A DNA stretch of 64,000 nucleotides, taken from the NCBI GenBank assembly GCA_964016885.1, contig OZ024743.1, forward strand, positions 368,342,001 through 368,406,000, written 5' to 3'. Below, piece after piece: positions 55,371-64,000 of the stretch. Below the pieces are notes generated by a model. The model saw only the letters and a program-made list of their open reading frames with translations, ran no database searches and was not told the DNA's origin. This DNA is from Eledone cirrhosa (taxonomy: Eukaryota). Each line of letters opens with the position of its first letter. The first letter of the stretch is position 1. The position numbers and the translations under genes were made by a program.

Positions 55371-56779
55371 TTTAAAACTGAACATATAGATATTTTATCT
55401 ACTCTAGCAGACTTCCTCCTCAACATGGATCTATGACAGATTGATAGAAACTTCAGTTTGAAATTTCATTTAAATTACTATTGATGTCAAGCATAAAAGC
55501 TATATATCGTGGAATCTGTACACAGGAAGAGATAGCAAGACATACATCTTGACTCAAATGTACACGAAAATCAGGACAGATACGAGTCAGCAATTCTCTA
55601 TATTGTTGTTTTAAAGAATCTTTTGACATTCTAATCTTAATTACTATTGACTCTTTTACCTGTTCCAGCCAACGCCGGAGCACTGCCATTGCTATATTTT
55701 CTTTTTTTTTTACTATCACCAGTGGTAAACAGAAAATTTATTTGTAAGACAATTATCATAGTATTTATGAAATATCAAAAACATATTTCATGAAGCATTA
55801 ATGCTAACAGCTCTCCCCCCACCCCCCACTCTTTTTCTCTCTCATACTCAAATTAATTTTTCATTGATCATTTCATTGTTATCAAGATTCATCATTGTAA
55901 AAAATTGCATATGACTTTTTCCTTGGCAATTAAGACCATTAAATAAGATATATAATATATTAGAAGTCTATTAAACAGTTTTATTACTCAAAATATTTAT
56001 CATATTTTATAATTAATATGGTGTTCTTTTACAACCAATCATTTGCTGAATCATCAACTGTTTTATATATATATATATATTGTAAACCCATGCTAGTGTG
56101 GAAGAATGGGTGTAAAACGGGGATGAGGATGATGATTTTAATTAGGAAAATATTTTGAAATACATACATACAATACATTATAATTTGGAAATTGTCTTTT
56201 ATGTATCTATATACACGCACACATACACATATATATATACCTCTTTCCACACACACAATACATTTCATGATATTTTCCTAATTAGAAGCTAAAAATGAGT
56301 GGAAGTAACAGTTTTGATACAACCTGAAATCTTATACATTTCCTCCACTTAAATACAACCCTATTTATTGAATGACATTGAGAAACAAATAATTCCCAAT
56401 TTATTTACTTTCCATTTTTGGATAAATTTTCTTTTTTCTATTTTCCTTCCACATTTTAACCTTTTGTTTACTTTTTTCATTTTTTAACTGTATCTATTTT
56501 CATTTACATTGTTAGTCTCAGAAACATAGACTGTTTCAGATTTGCTGCAATAATTGATTTTATGATTCCCTTCACTGTCTTTCGTTACATATTACGTTCC
56601 TTGTTATCTTCTTATTCTATATTCATTTCAAACTATTTATCTTGCTCAAGTTTCTCTGCTCACTATTTTCCTGGTATCTATATCCTATCATCATCATCAT
56701 TTTATATTCACTTTCCATGCTGGAGTTTTTATTTGAAGTTGCTATCGTCCTAAACAGTTTAAAGAATTACATCTCACTC

Positions 56780-57190
56780 AAATGTTCTCTTTTTGTTTTA
56801 TTCATGTCCCCTCCTCCACATGCACTTACCATGTCCTAACACTCCACACATGCCCTAACACCCAATTCTTCATTCATGTCCCTACACTCCACCCTTCTCC
56901 AGATAAGAACCCCACCCTAGATATACATCACCAATCCTCATGTATCTTCTCCACCCCAACCCCCAGACCACATTGAAAAGTGGTTATTTTGGTGCCACAA
57001 CACAAAGCGCCTAGTCCACACTATAAATGTGGTAGGGGTTAGGAAGAGCATCCAGTCGTAGAAACCAAGCCAGAAACAGTTCAGTATAAGCAAGACATGA
57101 TTATCTGATCTGACTTCTCACAGCAGGACAACTCATCTAACCCATGCTAGCGAGGAAAAGTAGATGTTAAGATGGTGATGATGATGATGA
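56780..57190 (+). mobile_element. RTE/SINE 3' tail with (GAT)n
   Basis: TTAGGAAGAGCATCCAGTCGTAGAAACC...CTAACCCATGCTAGCG...GATGATGAT. Confidence 0.7.
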
Positions 57191-57579
57191 TATATATATA
57201 ATTGAACATACAAGAGAGATAAACATACATGTGTTGGAATTGTAAAGGGCCAGGTTTGCTAGGGGGAAAAAATACTAACTCTAACAATATGGTTTGCCAG
57301 ACTTAATTTAAAGTAGTAAATCAAGAAAGAGAATAACAAACCTATATTGGGCAACTGCCTTAAAACACCTAGACAGTTATAGAAACTGTTTCTATATATA
57401 TGAGCAACACTGGCAACGAATTGGCTCTGCTCTCTGAGTTCAAATCCCGCTGAGGTCAGCTTTGCCTTTCATCCATTCATGGTAAGTAATACTAAATGGT
57501 AAGTAATACTAAATGGTGTCATACCAAATGATTGACACAGCACCATCATTGTCAACTGCTACAAGGGTAAAGGAGATGC

Positions 57580-59185
57580 ACTACATAGAGAAAACTATAG
57601 AAAGGGTTATAGCACAAATTATTAGGGACTGTGTTAATCTAGATGAGTTGCAGATTGGATTTGTGCCAGGTAAAAGCACCACAGATGCTCTCTTCCTTGT
57701 GAAGCAGCTACAGGAGAAGCACCAAGCTAAAAGTGAGCTGCTCTACCTGGCATTTGTTGATCTGGAGAAAGGTTTTGACAGTCCCCCATGTCATAATCTG
57801 GTGGGCTCTTAGAAAACTAAGAATAGATGAGCGGCTTGTGAAGGCTGTACAAGCCATGTATAGTCAGCAAAGTTAGGATTAACATACAGGTTAATTTAGC
57901 ATACAGGTTGGTGTCCACCAGGGCTCTGTTCTTATCCCTCTCCTTTTTATTATTGTACTGCAGGCTATAACAGAGGAGTTTAAGACTGGCTGCCCATGGG
58001 AACTCCTGAGACTATAGAGAAGAAATTCCATATATGGAATAATGGCCTAAAATCAAAGGGTCTTAAAGTCAACCTGACAAAGACTAAGATCCTAGTTAGT
58101 AGAAGTGAAAACAGAGCCTTGATCCCATTGGGGAAATGACTTTGCTCAGTGTATAGAAAAGGTGTTGGTAGAAATTCCATCTTCTGTCCCAAATGCCAAT
58201 TATGCATACACAAGAGATGTAGTGGGATCTCAGGTAGTTTAGCTAAAATTGTAGGCTTCACATGAGCTGTTGCACTGGAGCAGTAAGTAGCAAACAACCA
58301 TAGGAAACAAGTGCTATCAAATTCAGAGAAGGTTCAGTAGACAGCTTCTGCTACTTGTGTGACAAAATTAGCAGTGGGGGACGGGTGTTCTGAAAGTGCA
58401 GTAACCAGGGTGAGAATGGGATGGAAGAAGTTCAGGGGGCTACTATTACTGCTAGCTACAAAAGGCTTTTCCCTCAAAATGAAAGGCAGACTGTATGATG
58501 CATGCATATGAACAGCTATGTTGCATGGTAGTTAGACTTGGGCGCTATATACTTGCGAACATTGGAAAGTAATGAAGCTTGCATGCTTCGATGGATGTTT
58601 AGTGTACATGAACGGCAAAGCATAAACAAACTGAGAGAAAAACTAAGCATAAGAATAATCATGTGATCCATATGAAAGCTGACAGCTATATAAAAAGGTG
58701 CAGAGCTCTCAAAGTTGGAAGACTTGGAGAAGTTAATAAAAGCTGACCTTGCACACTTACACCTCACAAAGGTGATTACACAGTACCAAGATCTCTGGTA
58801 CTATGCAGTAATACAGAAGACCTGCCACCCCATGAGCACAGGCTGAAGCACACATACAGTATGCTTCACCTCCACCCCACCCCTTCCATACACCTTCCAT
58901 GTGCACAGGCTGAAGCATACATCTAGTGTGCACTACCTTCATCTCCACCCCCTTCCATTTACCTCCCACGTCCTAACATTTCACCTCTCCTGCCAAAGTC
59001 CCCAATAAAGTGGTCATGTTGGTGTCATGACAAAACACTGTAAATGTGGTTTACATTAGGAAGGACATCGAGCTGTAGAAACCAAGCCAAAAGTAGTTCT
59101 GTATGAGCAAGGCATTTCTCAAAACAGGACAATTTGTCTAACCCATACTGGCGTGGAAAAATGGATGTTAAATGGTGATGATGAA
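57580..59185 (+). mobile_element. Decayed RTE LINE of the PHD-RT family
   Basis: GFVPGKSTTDALFLVKQLQEK..AFVDLEK, GVHQGSVL.P, GCPWELL, PHD remnant (HKRCSG) and 3' UTR. Confidence 0.85.
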
Positions 59186-59199
59186 TTTTTATGTCTTCA

Positions 59200-59350
59200 C
59201 TAGGACCCTTTTTCTGTTTCTCCATTGTAATCCTGTCTCTATTTTGTACTCCTGAAGAAGGGCTAAAGCCTGACATCTTGATCTTTCTTTCCTCTTTCCA
59301 ATATAAAGCATGAAACTAATAAGACTTTTTGTACTTCTGTTATCATTGTT
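59200..59350 (+). mobile_element. Decayed Penelope pseudo-LTR
   Basis: CTGAAGA-agg-gctaaag-cct-GACA (59252-59275) parallels 13679-13702; the downstream TTGTACTTCTG parallels ~13758. Confidence 0.5.
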
Positions 59351-60329
59351 ATTTTAACGTCCACTTTACCTGCTGGCAAGGGTATATAAATGTGTGTGTG
59401 TATGTATATATATGTATAAAATCAGAAAATTAACAAAAAGAGGATAAGATAACGAACAAAAACAATTTTTTAAGGGGGAATGAAAACGATCATCAATGAC
59501 CTTTCTTTAATGACCTTCCTTTAATACCAATCACTTTAGAGCATGCACTGGGAGAATTTTATCATGACTCCAGTACTACCCCTTAAATGTACCCATTAAG
59601 TGTACTACAGTTTTTATGTACTGTTAATTTCTTTCTTCACTTTATTGTTATGTTTTACAAGAATTATGTTAGAAAATGTATAAAATCTATTTGGCAACAT
59701 GTTCTTGTTTAACTTGAGTTTCTCTTAAATTATACTTGTTTAGAGATTTATCTAGAAGTTTATCTAGTTGCAAAATTCTCAGGAATTAACTGCATTGGAA
59801 TAAGTTGTTGAGGTTATTCATATACAACATTTTTCTGTAACATGATTCTGGACTTGATCCCACTGTGCAGCACCTTGGAAAAGTGTTAACCAATGGCCTG
59901 TAAACAAAATTTCGTAGATTGAAACTTTTCTGAAGCCCATTTTTTATGTATGTGTGTGCGTATGTATACAAATATATATGTGTCTGTGTAATTTTTTGCA
60001 TTTAGGATTTCTACATTTTCAAATTTCAAATCACCTAAGCACTTGGATAATTCATAAAATTTGCTTATTTCCAGCTCTAACCACAAGCTGTTTTGTATAT
60101 CAACATAAATTTCATGGAATTTGTTGTCAGCTGCTCCTTAGCAAAATCTGCTCGACCAGTATTTGAGAGATACAGAGTTTGATTATCCATAGTAGCCTCA
60201 ATCCTCACATAACACTGCTAGAGTCTATGCCCAACTATGTCTACACAACCTACCATACACACACGCATATATATATAATATATATATGTATGTATGTGTG
60301 TGTATTTATATATATATACATACACAAAT

Positions 60330-60490
60330 ATACATCTATCTTAAACAAGGCTCAGAATTAACTATAGGGAATATCACATTAGAGTACCTTAAAATAAAGG
60401 AAAGTATATGTGTATTTTCCCAGAGGCAAAATTAACTCTAATGGGATCTTCCCTATAGTTAATTCAGAGCCTTATATAAGATAGATGTAT
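60330..60490. repeat. Fold-back with 56-bp arms (about 5 mismatches) and a 49-bp spacer
   Basis: 60330-60385 against the reverse complement of 60435-60490. Confidence 0.85.
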
Positions 60491-61137
60491 AGGAATAAGA
60501 GGGATCAGATGCTGTTTACTTGAGAGAAGATTATGTTGGTTTGGTCACGTGATGTGCATGAAAGACGACAGCGGTATAAAAAATTGCTGGGCGATCCTAA
60601 TTGATGGAAGTTATGGAGTAGGTAGACCCAGAAATACCTGGGACGACCTGATAAATTCTGACTTTGCACAGTTGCACCTCTCTAAGACAATGTCTCTGGA
60701 TCAAGATATTTGGTGCCACACAGAAGACCCGCCTCCCCTACGTACAAAGTTAACCTACAGTCTGTAGGCCCCCTCCAAACCAAACATACACCCCAACCCA
60801 CTACTCCTACCCCATCCTTCCACTCGCACCAACACCACCCTTTCTCTATAAAATTATGTTGGTGCCACAACTTCCAGTCCAAACTAATGAGGTCGTGTAG
60901 GTGTCATGACAAAAAAAAACACACACTCCATGCTGTAATGTGGCCGTGTAGGAAACACGGTAAAAAGCTCCCAGTCCACACTGTAAATGTGGTTGGTGTT
61001 AGGAAGGGCCACAGAAAACCTTCCAGATAGTCCAATATGAGTGAGACACGGTCACCCGACCAATCTTGCCTCAAGTGGGACAATTCCCGTCTAACCTATA
61101 CGTGGAAGATAGACGTTAAACGATGATGATGATGATG
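60491..61137 (+). mobile_element. RTE 3' end and 3' UTR (PHD-RTE family)
   Basis: WFGHVMCM..GRPRNTWDDLINSD; inverted match to 43505-44150. Confidence 0.85.
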
Positions 61138-61244
61138 CTTCTCTGAGTTATGTTCTAAGCGATATTATTCATTGAGATATAATGTATGACTGACTAATTT
61201 TCTTATATATATATATACACATATATACATATATATATATATAT

Positions 61245-64000
61245 ATTACATGATGGCTGCCTCCTCGTTATCAAGTATGACAAAAATAACAAAAAACATA
61301 ATGACGATAATAATGATATACACACACACACACACACAATAACAATTAACAGTGATGCGATCAAATGGGGCTTTTTAGCCCAGCCAATGATCTAAAATGT
61401 CTTGCACAGAGTTGGCAACCAAAACATTCACTGGGAATAGCCAGCTGTGGTTGGAGTTCATGTACTTTTGCATGTCGCTTGAGCCCTCCTGCTGATTTAC
61501 ATTCTCTACCACGTACTTGGCAGGCATGATGAGTAGCATCTCCAACAGCAGCCTGGTTGTCAACCACTGGTCTTACTTTATGACTGCAAAGTTGACTTTC
61601 AAGTTCAGCTTTGCTGAGGCAGAGTCTCGCACAGATGCTGCATGTCAGCGCCATAGGAGGACCTTCGCTGTCTGGAAATGAAACAGTAATGCCCTTCCTC
61701 ACATCCCTCTTTACTTTCTCGTATGCGATTCGAGATGCCTCAAAGGCAACTTTCCCCTCATATACAGTCTTTCTCCATTTATTATGATCAGCAGCAACAT
61801 TTTCCCATGTATCAGCAGAGATGTTAGCGTCTTTCAACGAATCCTTATACCTCTTTTTTGGTTTTTGTGGAGGTCGTTTTCCTTTAACTAACTCTCCATA
61901 AAAGAGTTGTTTTGGTATTCTAGAAACCTTTCCTGGCAAAGTGACCACTCCAACAGAGTCTTTGCTTAAGCACAAGAGCTTCTATACTGTCACACAGAGA
62001 GCTTTCCAAAATCTCGACATCACTGATGTGGTCCCTCCAGTGAACGCCATGGATCCGTCTGAGACACATCTGATGGAAACGCTCCAATTGTTTAAGGTGG
62101 TGTCGATATGTGACCCAGGTCTCGTAGGCATAAAGTAGAGAAGAGAGCACACGTCTTGTACACATTTACCTTTGTCTTCTTGCATGTCTCGCTGACCCCC
62201 AGAGTCGCCTTTCTAGCTTTCTGAAAGCATCACTTGTTTTCCTAATCCTGAGTGGAATTTCATTATCAAGGTTGCTGTATCGATTGACAGTGCTTCCCAG
62301 GTAGACAAACTGATCAATCACTCCAAGTTGTTTACCATACACATAGATATTTGGCTCACTATACTGCTTACCAGGGGCAGGTTGGTACATGACGACGGCT
62401 CTCTTGAGACTGACAGTCAATCCTAGGGCAGTGCAAGCATCAGAAAATGCATTCAAAATGTGCTGCATATCACTCTCTGTGTGTGCTACAAGATCGCAAT
62501 CATCTGTATACAAGAGGTCTCTTATGATTGATGTAAATACTTTTGTTTTTGCAGCAAAACGCCTGATGTTAAATATGCTGCCTGAGGTTCGATATTGGAT
62601 GTAAACACCATGCTCGCAATTCCTGAATGCAATATAGAAAACCATTGCAAAGTATATGGCAAACGGGGTCGGTGCTGGAATATCCCCCTGTTTCACTCCA
62701 TTTTTTACTGAGATAGGCTCCGACATGTTACCTTTGATATTAACCCAAGCCTTCATGTCGTCATGGAAAGACCTAACCAAAGCAAGGAACTTATCAGGGC
62801 AACCAAGATTCTGGAGAACCTTCCACAATGCATTTCTGTTAACAGTATCAAAAGCTTTTGTCAGATCGACAAAAACCTGATACAGATCCAAACCTTGTTC
62901 CATGCACTTCTCCTGGAGCTGTCTAGCTGAGAAGATCATATCAGTAGTGCCGCGTCCAGCACGAAAACCAGATTGACTTTCGGGAAGAACACAATCAGCA
63001 GGCAGTCCAGAAGCACCCTACATGAAATTTTTCCTACGACAGAAAGTAATGATATACCCTTGTAGTTTCCACAAGCATTCTTGTTACCCTTTCCTTTGTA
63101 CAAGACCACCATTACTGCATCTCCCCAGTCCTCGGGTATGGATTCAATAGCCCATATCCTGCCAAACAAAGAGTGAAGATGTTGCAGAAGTCTCTCACCA
63201 CCATATTGTAAGAGCTCTGCATGTATGCCATCCATACCTGGAGACCTTCCACTGTTCAGCTTCGAGATAGCTACTGCAACCTCCACAAGCGTCGGTGGTT
63301 CTGTAAGAGCTACTTTCACAGGATTTTCAGGAATGAGATTGAGGAAATCTTCATTGACGACAGACGGCTGATTCAAAAGTTTATCAAAGTGCTCTCGCCA
63401 CCTTCGTAGAATTCCTTGTGAGTCACAAAGAAATTCCTTACCATCCTTGTTGCGAAGCGGTGTCACCAGAGAAGACCATCCATAAACTTCATGCAAGAGA
63501 CTGTACAACAGCTTTGTGTTATTGGAATCTGGTGCAGCTTGTGTCTCATCAGCATTCTCACTCCACCACTTATCCTTCATCTGAGAAAGACTCCGCCTAA
63601 CACGTGATTTCACGTCCTTGAGTTCCTTATGCAACATATTCTTCTCCTGTGGTTTTGCTGTCAATTAGCGTGACAGCACACCTCTTATCAGCCAACAAGT
63701 CATCTATATGTTCATCATTCTCATTAAACCAGTCTTGATGTTTTCTCTGCACTAATCCCAGAAAACGCCTGCCTACATCATAAACTGACTTTTTAAGGGT
63801 CGGCCAATCCTCACCAAGATCTGCAACATGCATCTCTTCTCGCAATGTCCTCTTCAAATTTTTATCTCTAAGACAAGCAGCATTCAATCTTCTGGACAGG
63901 GTAACACGAGGAGCCCGGAATTTACGTTTAGTGATTAGTTTCACTTTTGCGTGTACCAGGCGGTGGTCCGTCCAGCACTCAGCTCCACGAAGAGCACGAA
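61245..64000 (-). mobile_element. RTE (BovB-like) LINE, frameshifted, continuing beyond the window; three C-terminal C2H2-like fingers
   Basis: CWTDHRLV (end of endonuclease, ~63980), GRSPGMDGI, NYKGISLLS, MIFSARQLQEKC..FVDLTKAFD, GVKQGD, LLYTDD, YLGS, PKQLFYGEL..GKR; tail CATACTTGATAACGAGGAGGCAGCCATCAT followed by (TA)n. Confidence 0.92.

Noticed and set aside
55470-55525. IPRYIAFMLDIN resembling the cis-prenyltransferase motif IPxHIAFIMDGNRR
   Set aside because: The His and the GNRR residues are absent, and no further family motifs follow.

Overview
AT-rich, repeat-dense animal genomic DNA. The SINE/LINE families with (GAT)n tails and the very long (TA)n/(TATG)n tracts look like an octopus/cephalopod genome (inference, not a database result). 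I found one convincing host exon, 50779-50895 (+, 117 nt, phase 1-1). It encodes ESLGKGFEGCIFRMQVQNIFPLKRAFQDPRPS, resembling the end of the last laminin-G domain of Neurexin IV/Caspr, so much of the window is probably intron. The rest is mostly decayed mobile DNA: RTE LINEs (one family with a PHD finger inside the RT), CR1-like and R4/Dong-like LINEs, a Penelope-like fragment, two internally deleted piggyBacs, a mariner/maT remnant and many SINEs. Three things stand out. (1) A ~4.9-kb fold-back (30469-35338) has a type I hammerhead-ribozyme fold with a 115-nt stem II near each outer end, and several smaller hammerhead-related fold-backs occur elsewhere, including a perfect 118-bp palindrome. 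(2) A ~610-bp non-autonomous bipartite RTE derivative occurs five times, always in one orientation, inside a strand-asymmetric (TATG/TA)n array. (3) Some RTE RTs carry a PHD finger. The very long ORFs in the track (YIYI...) are microsatellite artefacts. Boundaries of decayed elements are approximate.
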